Shown here: piece by piece, positions 49,201 through 60,324 of the stretch
Numbering within the stretch: the stretch's first letter is position 1
Layout of the letters: every line of letters begins with the position of its first letter
Assembly (NCBI RefSeq): GCF_018977255.1
Contig: NW_024704742.1
Coordinates: forward strand, 107,882,001-107,946,000
Direction: 5' to 3'
DNA: 64,000 nt
Source: Callorhinchus milii
Taxonomy: Eukaryota
Position numbers and translations under genes: made by a program
The notes under the pieces: generated by a model
Database searches by the model: none
What the model was told of the DNA's origin: nothing
What the model saw: only the letters and a program-made list of their open reading frames with translations

Positions 49201-51259
49201 ACTTGGGAGCGATTCAACATATTGGGTAGGGGTGGCAAATCTGTTGCATTTGGCACAAACAGTACAGCGAAACGTGCAGTTAAAATGTTACAAGCCACGT
49301 GAAAGAAAAGCAAAATATTGTGCAATATTTACAACGTATTTCAAACGGGCTTGAAATGGGTTAGTTTTGCAAACGGTTTCAAAAATGTCAAGGATAAGAA
49401 ACAGCAAATAGCAAAATGCAAATGGGGGGGAGGGGGGGGGGGGAGAAGATGAAAGAATGATTCAGTAAACCGAAATATAGATTGATTTTCGGGGGTGGGG
49501 GGGGGGAGCAATGTTTAAAGCAGCTTTAACGCTCCAACATGGTCGAGCCTACAAATGGGCAAACTGGAAAAATGCAGGAGTGAAAAAAAACGGTGGTAAC
49601 TTGAGCCGTTCCTGGACTTTTGGTAAACACAGTCTCTATAGAGTGGCAAATAATCTCAAAACAGCTCCTGCAATTCACAAAGTTCCCGTTTATAACCCGA
49701 GAAATCACACACACACACGCAGCGCAAAAAAAAACACAACCGATTTACAGCTCCTCGGTACAAACCGTTAAACATGATCTGAAACTTTTTTTTCGCGAAG
49801 AAAAGAAAGGGTTTAATGTGCAAACCAAACAGCAGACAGACTGACTGCGTTGTATGTATCCCCTACTGCTGCTGCTGCTGAGCACAGCTCAGGGCTCTCG
49901 AGCTGTTGCTTTAGCTGCACAAACTGTAAATACAACACAAACCTGCAAACAGCAAAACAAACACACAGCGGGGGCGCTGGGGGGGGGGGTGGGGGTGGGG
50001 GTGTATTGTTTTCTTTCTCAAAGAAAGTCATGAGTTCCCCCCAAAAAACTAATGAGGTTGGAGAGAGATGGCGAGTTTGTAGCAAAGTCAGGCACAGAAA
50101 GAGAAACTGTTTCTCTCTGTGTCTCTCTCTCCCCCTGTGTGTGTCTTTCTCTCCCCGTGTGTGTGTCTCCCCCTGTGTGTGTGTGTGTGTCTCTCTCCCC
50201 GTGTGTGTGTGTGTGTCTCCCCCTGTGTGTGTGTGTGTGTGTGTCTCCCCCTGTGTGTGTGTCTCCCCCTGTGTGTGTGTGTGTGTGTGTCTCCCCCTGT
50301 GTGTGTGTGTGTGTGTGTCTCCCCCTGTGTGTGTGTGTGTGTGTGTCTCCCCCTGTGTGTGTGTGTGTGTGTGTGTCTCTCCCCCTGTGTGTGTGTGTGT
50401 GTGTGTGTCTCCCCTGTGTGTGTGTGTGTGTGTGTGTCTCCCCCTGTGTGTGTGTGTGTGTGTGTCTCCCCCCGTGTGTGTGTGTGTGTGTGTGTCTCCC
50501 CCTGTGTGTGTGTGTGTGTGTGTCTCCCCCTGTGTGTGTGTGTGTGTGTGTCTCCCCTGTGTGTGTGTGTGTGTGTGTCTCCCCCTGTGTGTGTGTGTGT
50601 GTGTGTGTGTGTCTCCCCCTGTGTGTGTGTGTGTGTGTGTGTGTCTCCCCGTGTGTGTGTGTGTGTGTGTCTCCCCCTGTGTGTGTGTGTGTGTGTGTGT
50701 CTCCCGTGTGTGTGTGTCTCCCGTGTGTGTGTGTGTGTGTCTCCCCCTGTGTGTGTGTGTGTCTCCCCCTGTGTGTGTGTGTGTGAGTGTGTGTGTGTCT
50801 CCCCCTGTGTGTGTGTGAGTGTGTGTGTGTCTCCCCGTGTGTGTGTGTGTGTGTGTCTCCCCTGTGTGTGTGTGTGTGTGTGTCTCCCCCTGTGTGTGTG
50901 TGTGTGTGTGTCTCCCCTGTGTGTGTGTGTGTGTGTCTCCCCCTGTGTGTGTGTGTGTGTGTGTCTCCCCTGTGTGTGTGTGTGTGTGTGTCTCCCCCTG
51001 TGTGTGTGTGTGTGTGTGTCTCCCCTGTGTGTGTGTGTGTGTGTCTCCCCCTGTGTGTGTGTGTGTGTGTGTCTCCCCCTGTGTGTGTGTGTGTGTGTCT
51101 CCCCTGTGTGTGTGTGTGTGTGTGTGAGTGAGTGAGTGAGTGAGAGCGGTTACCTGTCGCGGCGCAGGTGGCGATGATGATGATGATGATGAGTGCTGTT
51201 GTGGCGGTGTGTGGGCGCTGAGCCCCGGGGTAGTGAGCGGCTGCTCTCCCCATTCCCAT
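45552..51259 (-). CDS. RGMB: Repulsive guidance molecule B (DRAGON), complete: complement(join(45552..46217,48396..48952,51154..51259)), 442 aa
   Basis: Signal peptide; [14 protein letters not shown] instead of [12 protein letters not shown] autocleavage site; vWF-D-like domain; hydrophobic GPI signal ending VIVFL*; GT-AG introns in phase; CHD1 synteny. Confidence 0.96.
48396..48952 (-). CDS. RGMB: RGMB middle coding exon (YCQQP...GDPH...ATATNK)
   Basis: tttcacag|GG ... AAG|gtacag; phase 1/0. Confidence 0.96.
50112..51143 (+). repeat. About 1-kb compound satellite [(TG)n-TCTCCCC(C)]
   Basis: Direct inspection. Confidence 0.97.
51154..51259 (-). CDS. RGMB: RGMB start-codon/signal-peptide exon ([12 protein letters not shown]...[13 protein letters not shown]); the exon itself begins at 51350
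   Basis: WMGMGR motif typical of RGMA/RGMB; donor ACAG|gtaacc; acceptor gccccacag| with first exon base at 51350. Confidence 0.88.
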
Positions 51260-51384
51260 CCATCCAGGTCTATGGGAGTTGCTCAGACACAGCTCGGTGG
51301 GGGCGGGGGGGGAGGAGGGGCAGCGGCTGCGGCACGAACCTCTCCTCGTCCTGTGGGGCACACGGACACAGGGCAGAGATCAGA

Positions 51385-51793
51385 CACACGAGCACATGCA
51401 CATACACACACACACATGCACATACACACACACACTGACATACACACACATGCACATACACACACACACACTGACATACACACACATGCACATACACACA
51501 CACATACACATACACACTGACATACACACACATGCACATACACACACACACACTGACATACACACACATGCACATACACACATACATACACACACACACA
51601 CTGACATACACACACATGCACACACACACACACACTGACATACACACACACACTGACATACACACACACACTGACATACACACACATGCATAGACATACA
51701 CACACATACATAGACATACACACACATGTATACACATACACACACATACATAGACATACACACACATGTATACACATACACACACACACACAC
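51385..51793 (+). repeat. (CA)n/CATACA compound microsatellite
   Basis: Direct inspection. Confidence 0.95.
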
Positions 51794-51852
51794 TGCACAG
51801 TGCTGTGGGGGAGAGACTTTTTTACACAATTACTTCACATAACACAACTCAC

Positions 51853-52210
51853 CGAGTAACCGCCGCGAAAGGCACTGAGAGCGGCGGAGCGGAGCGGAGC
51901 GGAGCGGGGGAGGCGGTGCGGGTGGGTACGGGGAGGCGGTGCGGGTGGGTACGGGGAGGCGGTGCGGGTGGGTACGGGGAGGCGGTGCGGGTGGGTACGG
52001 GGAGGCGGTGCGGGCGGTGCGGGCGCGGGATGGCGGGCGGTGCGGGTGCGGGTGGGTGCGGGGAGGCGGTGCGGGTGGGTACGGGGAGGCGGTGCGGGGT
52101 GGCGGGTGCGGGCGGTGCGGGCGCGGGATGGCGGGCGGTGCGGGTGCGGGGAGGCGGTGCGGGCGGTGCGGGTGCGGGTGTCGGTGTCTCGCGCGGTGTC
52201 TCTGTCTCTG
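51853..52210 (-). other. RGMB: Probable non-coding first exon of RGMB (5' end approximate)
   Basis: Consensus donor CG|GTGAGT at 51852-51847; CpG-rich; no ATG on - strand; directly downstream of the promoter motifs. Confidence 0.6.
51907..52180 (+). repeat. 23-bp G-rich minisatellite (GGGGAGGCGGTGCGGGTGGGTAC) and variants
   Basis: Period 23 verified at 51911, 51934 and 51957. Confidence 0.92.
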
Positions 52211-52219
52211 AGCCGCGCC

Positions 52220-52370
52220 GGGGCCCCGCCCCCCCCCGGCCCCGCCCCCCGGACAGGACAGGACAGGGATTGGTCGGCGCCGCTGTCACTCAGCGCCTCC
52301 CCCTCCCCCTCCCCCCCCGGGGCAGCGTTCCGAGGCAATCCGCTGACACCGCCAGAGCGCATGCGCCAAC
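52220..52370 (-). promoter_or_regulatory. CpG-island-type RGMB promoter: two GC boxes (about 52224-52247), CCAAT box (52273-52269), NRF1-like palindrome GCGCATGCGC (52357-52366)
   Basis: Motifs read directly; order and orientation fit a TSS near 52200 on the - strand. Confidence 0.65.
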
Positions 52371-52958
52371 CCCCCCCCCCCCCCCCAGAGAGAGAGAGAG
52401 AGAGAGGGGGGAGTGCAGAGAGGGGGAGGGGGGCACTAAGGCTCAGAAAGAGAGACACAGAGAGAGAGACACAGAGAGAGAGCAGTGAATGCAAAATGAA
52501 ACAGCGCTGAACACAGGAAATAGTCATCAACAATACTGCACGAGACAGAGAGGGGGAGACAGGGGATGGAAAACACACACAGGGGGGGGGGGGGGACCTC
52601 AACCCGCGGGGAAAAAACAGGAGCGAAGCAATAACATACCGAGGGGGACAACGGGAGACCCGGAGTGTTTGATGAGATGATGGGAAAGGGGATGGGGGGG
52701 TGAGGGGGGTGGGGGGGGGGGGGGGTGAGGGGGTGGGGGGGGTGAGGGGGTGAGGGAGTGGGGGGGGGGGTGAGGGGGGGCACAGAAAAGGGGACATACA
52801 TACAGCCATTTGTAACAACTCACTGTTAATATTACTCATTAAACTCACAGACTCCGGGAATGAGAATGACACAGACACCTCTCTCTCCCCACAGCAACGG
52901 CGCAATTGCAAAGACAAAAGATTGCACACAGTGAACCCACAAGTGTGAGCCGAGCCCT

Positions 52959-53835
52959 GGAGGAGGAGGTGGTGGTGGAGGAGGAGGTGGTGGAGGAGGA
53001 GGAGGTGGTGGTGGTGGTGGTGGAGGATGACTTGGCTGCTGGACCTCACTGAGCAACAGGTGCTGGGGTTGTGCCCTCTGCACCAGAGAGAGCCGACCAC
53101 ACGTTACCATAAACCACCAGCAGCCCCCACCACCACTAGCAGCAGCCCCCCCCCCCCACCAGCAGCCCCCCACCACCACCAGCAGCCCCCCCCCCACCAG
53201 CAGCCCCCCCCCACCAGCAGCCCCCCCCCCACCAGCAGCCCCCCCCACCAGCAGCAGCCCCCCCACCAGCAGCAGCCCCCCCACCACCACCAGCAGCCCC
53301 CCCACCACCAGCAGCCCCCCCCCACCAGCAGCCCCCCACCACAGCAGCAGCCCCCCCCACCAGCAGCAGCCCCCCCACCAGCAGCAGCCCCCCACACCAG
53401 CAGCAGCCCCCCCACCACCACCAGCAGCAGCCCCCCCACCACCACCAGCAGCAGCCCCCCCCCACCACCAGCAGCCCCCACCACCACCAGCAGCCCCACC
53501 AGCAGCAGCAGCCCCCCCCCCACCAGCAGCCCCCCCCCCACCAGCAGCCCCCCCCACCACCAGCAGCCCCCCACCAGCAGCCCCCCCACCAGCAGCAGCC
53601 CCCCCACCAGCAGCCCCCCCACCACCAGCAGCCCCCCCACCAGCAGCAGCCCCCCCCCACTAGCAGCAGCAGCACCACCACCAGCAGCCCCCCCCCACTA
53701 GCAGCAGCACCACCACCAGCAGCCCCACCAGCAGCAGCCCCCCCACTAGCAGCAGCAGCACCACCACCAGCAGCCCCCCCCCCACCAGCAGCAGCACCAC
53801 CACCAGCAGCCCCCCCACCAGCAGCACCAGCCCCG
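52959..53835 (+). repeat. (GGA/GGT)n run followed by a roughly 720-bp CCACCAGCAGCCCCC minisatellite
   Basis: Direct inspection. Confidence 0.93.
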
Positions 53836-54329
53836 GGCCACCAAATAAAATAAAAAAATATAAAATATATATAAAAATAAAATAAAAAATATGCCGTAAA
53901 ATACAGAGTTTCTTCCTTTTTTTTCCCCACAAAAAAATGCACCCACACACGCGGGTTTATTCGGTTTCTTGTTTGCAAACCGACAGACCTCGGCGCTGTT
54001 TCTCGATGTTCACTGTATGGTTCAGAGGAGCAGCATAAAGCGCGGGATTAATCATCACTCAAAGCGATCCCAGGGCTGCAAATGATTAATAGGAGGGAGA
54101 GGGGGTATCACAGGGAACATACAGCAGGTGCACTGCCTTCAGTACATGCCTTACAAACACAATACACTGCACACACAGTCCCTCTGGAGAGACTTCTCTG
54201 CGGAGTGAGGGAGAGGTGTGGGATCCCCGTCCGCAAACCTCCTGCACAATGATGTTCAGCTGCTCTGAGGGGCAGAGGGTCTGATTCTGCTGTACCTCTG
54301 CGGTTCTTAAGCAATAGTGAGTGATGAGC

Positions 54330-55690
54330 AAACACACACTCAGCACTCACTCTCACACACACACTAACACAGCACTCACTCACAAACACAGCACTCACTC
54401 ACACAACACACACACTCACATAGCACTCACTCTCACACACACACTAACACAGCACTCACTCACAAACACAGCACTCACTCACACAACACACACACTCACA
54501 TAGCACTCACTCTCACACACACACTAACACAGCACTCACTCACAAACACAGCACTCACTCACACAACACACACACTCACATAGCACTCACTCTCACACAC
54601 ACTCACTCACACACTCTCATGCACAAACACACTCACTCACCCCCACACACACACTCACACAAACACACACTCTCACACACACACACACTCACAAACACTC
54701 ACTCACACACAAACACTCACACAAACACTCACTCACACACAAACACTCACCCACACATACACTCACTCACACACAAACACTCACCCACACATACACTCAC
54801 TCACACACAAACACACACACTCACTCTCATTCACACACACAAACACACTCACTCACACATACACAAGCACACACACTCACTCACACAAACTCATTCTCAC
54901 ACACACACAAGCACACACTCACTCACACACACACACTCACACAGAAAATATATGACCTCACTTTAGCTTAAAGACTGATTTGAAAGAAATGCACCCAAAT
55001 GATTGCAATACCCAAACCCCCAACACCCTGCGTCCCATTTAAGAGTTGCTACTCCTTTCATCACAGCACTCACTCACACTCACACTCACTCACACTCACT
55101 CAGTACTCACACCACTCACTCGCACTCACACTAGGAGCATTCACTCACACAGCACTCGCACTCACACTCACTCACAGCACTCCCACTCACTTACACAGCA
55201 CTCACTCAGCACACACTCACACCACTTACACTCACTCACAGCACTCACACTCACTCACAGTACTCACACTCACAGCACTCATACTCACAGCACTCACACT
55301 CACACAACACTCACAGCACTCATACTCACACAGCACTCACACCGCACTCACACAATACTCACACCGCACTCACTCACACAGCACTCACACTCACAGTACT
55401 CACACTCACAGCACTTACAGTACTCACTCAGACCACTCACACTCACACAGCACTCACACTCACAGGACTCACTCACAGCACTCACTCACAAACACAGCAC
55501 TCACTCACACGACACTCTCACAAACACAGTACTCACTCACACAACACACACACTCACATAGCACTCACTCACAAACACAGCCCTCAATCACAAACACAGC
55601 CCTCACTCATACAACACACACACACTAACATAGCACTCGCTCACAAACAGCCCTCAGCACACAGTCACTCCCTCCCTCCCTCCCTCCCTC
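54330..55690 (+). repeat. CA/CACT-rich satellite fields, including an 80-bp unit repeated about 3.3 times (54341-54604)
   Basis: AGCACTCACTCTCACACAC recurs at 54342, 54422, 54502 and 54582. Confidence 0.92.
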
Positions 55691-57252
55691 CAGGTGGCGC
55701 AACGGAGCTTTCCAATGGTTGAAGAGTTTCATCAATTGGTTTTATTTAACATTTGGAAACCTGAAATGACAATGCTGCAATCTTTAAGTGCTTGCAAACG
55801 ATTTTAGTTGGAATGTGTCATTTCTTCAATGCTTTTGACCTCTGGGACTATGCAGGAGATGAATTATATGTAATTTTTTTTTAGAAAAAAAGAAACACAT
55901 AATGATACACAATTTGTTGGGAATGAATGTGTGATATGAGATCCAGTGAGATGTCAAGCAACTCTCCAGATTGGAATCAATGACATATGACATTCCAAGA
56001 GACACTGATTTAAAACAATATATATATAGACACACACACATATATTGGGCAAACTTACTCCCACATTCGGCTGCTGTATTTCGCCCACAAAATACACAGT
56101 CAATCCACTTTACAATATATTCTGTGAAGCGCTTTGAGATGTCTCAACAACATGATGAGATGCTATATCAAATGCAAGGATTAATTATTGTTGTTATTGA
56201 CTTCCTTTTTCTTGTGCCAGTTCCCTCCTTTCCTAAAACTTGATATCAGCCCTCCACTAGAAGCTGTGTGTAGGCAGCTTGGGGGTCAATATCCACCCAC
56301 TCCCTCTCCCTTTGGGGAGATATCTGACCCTGGATGCAACTGAGATCAGGAAATGAGGGAGGGGAAGAGTTTAACTTGGTGCAACTCATTTTTTTTGACA
56401 CCAAGTCAATAGAAAACTTTTTTTTAAAAATGGCAATGATTTACTCTTCAATAAATCTGTTGTATTAGTATTCTTCTGCTGGCGTTTAAAAAAATAAACA
56501 CAGATTGTTACCAAAATGGCTATTAACAATTCCAAACAGCATTTAAAAAGGGAAATGGATACATACCTGGAGACAAATATTAAAGGATAACGGAAAAGAG
56601 GAATGGGATTGTAGGGGATAACTCCAGCAGGTCACACACAATCACTTCCTTCGCTGTAAACAAAAAGCAGCACTGACTGTTTGATGCTGCATTTACCCGA
56701 AAAGCAAAACACATGCTACAGCTGTTCCTTTGGTGTGTACACAAGATACTCATCAATCATTGTGTTAAAAAATCATTTGATGGTGGAAATCGAACTGTAC
56801 AATTGAATTACCATACAATGGTGTTCATGGATTAATCGGGTCATTTCCTAAGTGAAATAAAAGTGAGGAGTCTGCCTTAAAAGTATTCTGGAGTGAGTTA
56901 ATTTTGTGTTTAAAAAGACAATGGAACAACACAGCATGTTTTTTTAAAAACAAAAGGAATGCATGTGCAAATATCACAGTTCTGACAGCCTGGTTCAGTT
57001 GACAGCACTATAACAAATGAAACTCTTAATGATTTTGATTGCACAGTTATCTTATGGGGAGATCATATTCAAAAACTGTTGAAAATGCAGAAATGCTAAG
57101 GAACATCTAAATTTAGATTGTAGAAATTCAGCAGTTGTAACATGATCGCCTGGGTTCAATATCTAAGGCTCCATGTCAAAAGCAAGTGTGAAAAACTATC
57201 AAATCCTGGGTTGCCAAGTCACTGATAATGTCATCTCTTGGCATTGTGCATG

Positions 57253-57640
57253 ATAATAATCCCTCCAAAACAAAACAATAATAAATTGGTAATTTTCAAT
57301 TTACGACTGTTTGTGGGACATTGCTGTGCGCAATTGGCTGCCGCGTTCGCCCACACATATACAGTCAATTCACTTTACAGTGTGTTCTGTGAAACGCTTT
57401 GGGACGTCCTCCCGACATGAAAAGCGCTATATCAAATGCAAGGATTATAATAATAATAATAATAATAATAATCCTTGCATTTGATATAGCGCTTTTCACG
57501 TCAGGAGGACGTCCCAAAGCGCTTCACAGAACACACTGTAAAGTGAATTGACTGTATATTTGTGGGCGAACGCGGCAGCCAATTGCGCACAGCAATGTCC
57601 CACAAACAGTCGTAGACTGTTATTATTATTATTATTATTA
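57253..57640. mobile_element. Two SINE 3' fragments in inverted tail-to-tail nested arrangement
   Basis: Arms 57302-57448 and 57467-57614; residual (TTA)n at 57620-57640. Confidence 0.92.
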
Positions 57641-57969
57641 TATGCACAAAGCGCACAATAACATCTTGTGCACAGAAGCCCCATTGGTGTCATATCTGCT
57701 CAATTTCCTTTTACTGGAGTAGTTTGATAAGACCACCTCTTAGGTACCTTACCCAAGACTTTTTTCAGCAATTTTTTTTTGGGTGGGAGGGAGGGGAGGG
57801 GGAACAAATCTGAACCTTGAATATTAAAAGATAATAAAAACAGTTTCCAAATTAACCATTGGATATTCCAAAGGTTAGCATGTCCAGTCTTCCCTCAGTA
57901 TGAGCTGTGGAATCCCAAAAAGATATGTGTCCCTTACACTGGTCGCCAACAACATAACGCTGATGAGTA

Positions 57970-58260
57970 TTAACTCCTATCAAGCCTGCAAACCAAAGCC
58001 CCACTGGATAGGTGGAATTAACGGGTAGCTTGCCAGACAGTGCTTTCATATGCAAGTTGGGTCATTTAAGCTGGTTAAACTCCATCTCACCATCCAATAC
58101 TCACTCTAGGGTTCCCAAGCATTGGCTCTCACCAACCTGTGCCTCATGCTTTCTGGAATCAAATGCTCCGGGACGCTACCCCACGTGAAGGACATGCTTA
58201 TGTGGAACTCTCACTGGTATAGATACTCTTAGGCAATAGTGATGGGTTTCCACACATATG
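57970..58260 (+). mobile_element. Copy of the unclassified repeat family
   Basis: CCTGCAAACCAAAGCCC...AGCTTGCCAGACAGTGCT...CCAACCTGTGCCTCAT...GATACTCTTA. Confidence 0.62.
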
Positions 58261-58429
58261 TGAGATGCCTGGCTATCAATGAATAGCACCTCATTAACTT
58301 CCACATCGTAAACCCAGTTGCAGTAGCGCCAACGCATTTTTGTTGCTTTCAAACTAGTCAACATACTGATTTTATACTTCTCAAAGCGCTAAATAATCAA
58401 GAACAGTCTTATTAATTGCATCAACAACA

Positions 58430-58789
58430 ATAATAATAATCCTTGCATTTGATATAGCGCTTTTCACGTCTTCTATACGTCTCAAAGCGCTTTGCCAATT
58501 ATACTGTGAAGTGAATTGACTGTATATTTTGTGGGTGAAACGTGGCAGCCAATTGCGCACAGCAGTGTCCCACAAACAGTCATGGATTGAGTGACCAATT
58601 TTTTTTTTAAAGTATTACTCCCAGAAAAGCGATCCGCCAATCAACTAACAACCGGGTTCCTACTTACTGCTAGGTAAACAGGAGTGTGTGGAGTAAGCAA
58701 ACTTGCCCAACATTTCGCCCTGCCGGGAATCGATCCCAGGTCTATCGCTTGCGAGGCAATTGCTCTAACCCCTAATTACAGGACTCCAC
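58430..58789 (-). mobile_element. tRNA-Ala SINE (long type)
   Basis: Full head, core and tail on the - strand. Confidence 0.88.
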
Positions 58790-59094
58790 AATTCATGTAT
58801 GAATGCCAATTATTAAAATAAGCTACTAAGATACCAACTGAGAATGCGTACTCTATATAGTACAAGTATGATTAGTTCAATAACATGTTAGTGCTAAATT
58901 ACTGATTACTCTTTCTCTGTTTTACACAATCTACAAGTATTGCAAAAACATTTTTTTTATCTCCTTAGAATCACATATAGTATGATATAACTGTATGAAG
59001 ACTGGGTGATCTCTCCAAGGACACACTTCTCTCCCCTCAAAAAGCACATTTACTTATGTACTTCCTAGATCTTTTCAACCCTTGCCACAACTTT

Positions 59095-59160
59095 ATAGAA
59101 ACATAGAAATAGGAGTAGGCCACTCAGCCCCTCGAGCCTGTTCCACCATTCTATAAGATC
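59095..59160 (-). mobile_element. CR1 3' tail fragment
   Basis: ATAGAAACATAGAAATAGGAGTAGGCC...CCCCTCGAGCCTG. Confidence 0.75.
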
Positions 59161-60324
59161 AGAAAAACCAAACATGATACATCCATGGATTCCTTTTCTC
59201 AGATTGATGAGATAACCTCAGGAAAACAAAAATTGTTTTTTTTCCAGGGCTTCATTTATCTTGTCTCTTATTTCTCCTGCTCCATTTAATAAAGCTCAAT
59301 GAATGATGGTCCCAAGTACTTTTTCCAAAGTGCTGGAGACACCATTATATATATGGACAGATTGCAGCTGTGCATTTACAACCACCCACAACCTCTACCA
59401 CTATCACTGCATTGTGCAGTGGCAGACCCATCAACCAACCAGCAGTCCAGTCAGGTTGGCTTAGATCAGGAAATTGATTAGCTAACATATCTTATAAACA
59501 TACTTCTTAAAAATGTATTCTGATGGAGATGCATTCAATTTGGATAAAAGTAGCTCTGATCTTGAAAGCTATGAAAAAAACTTTTTAACGATTTTAGGTT
59601 TTAATTAAAACTATTGAAATATTACAAAACAAATTCTCCCTCCACTATCAAAGCACATTCTGTGGCTCAGCACATTGGAGAACCCTATTCCATCTTATTA
59701 CCTATTCACAGGGCTTTAATAGTCTTAGCATAGGATCAGGTGTCGAGAGATGAACATGACAATCATTCAAAATGCAACATTCCTGTAAGTACAGTATATA
59801 TTACCTGCAAATGTCACTGTAGCGTGAATGTGTCCCAATTTTGAAAAATCTTGTTAATGCAAAATAAATAGGTTTGCTTTTTTAATGCTTGCACAGTATT
59901 TTTTTAAAAGTGGATTTTATATTTGCATTTAAGTGTGCAGGTATTTTACATAACACATTTAGCACCCGAGGGCTCTTCTGCTATTTTGCTCCATCCCTTC
60001 AGGCAATGACTCAGGCTGAGGTATGTTTTCAGAGACGGTTTTAAAAAAGTTGCAAAAAAAAGCATCACCCAAGTGGTGATCAATCACACGAAGGAACATT
60101 GGAAACCTCAAGCACCTGGGTTTGGGAGAATGACGGCTGAAGCCAATCCTGCCCTCACCAACATTCACAGTTTGCACCTTTTTCCTACGGTCACTGGACA
60201 GTGATCAGGAGGAAACCCAGGTAGTATGATTTTTCTTTTATCCGCGCCAGTCATACCAAACAGCTTTTTTGTGTTTCTTTTTGTTCTGGAAAGGTGATTA
60301 GCTGTCTTGTACCGTCTTGTGCGG

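Noticed and set aside
49845..49945. Possible cassette exon in an RGMB intron (tttacag/tttgcag acceptors, CA|gtcagt donor)
   Set aside because: The tttacag acceptor gives an in-frame TGA, the donor is weak, and there is no homology support.
49850..51829. Long Cys/Val and Thr/His ORFs (up to 447 aa)
   Set aside because: Translations of (TG)n/(CA)n satellites; only the RGMB exon at 51154-51350 is credible.
51766..53978. Gly/Pro/Gln/Trp-rich ORFs of 180-421 aa
   Set aside because: Stop-free GC-rich minisatellites open in several frames on both strands; no domain signal.
52400..55750. Divergent or antisense lncRNA (RGMB-AS1-like)
   Set aside because: Only an isolated acceptor-like motif near 55692; cannot be supported without transcript data.
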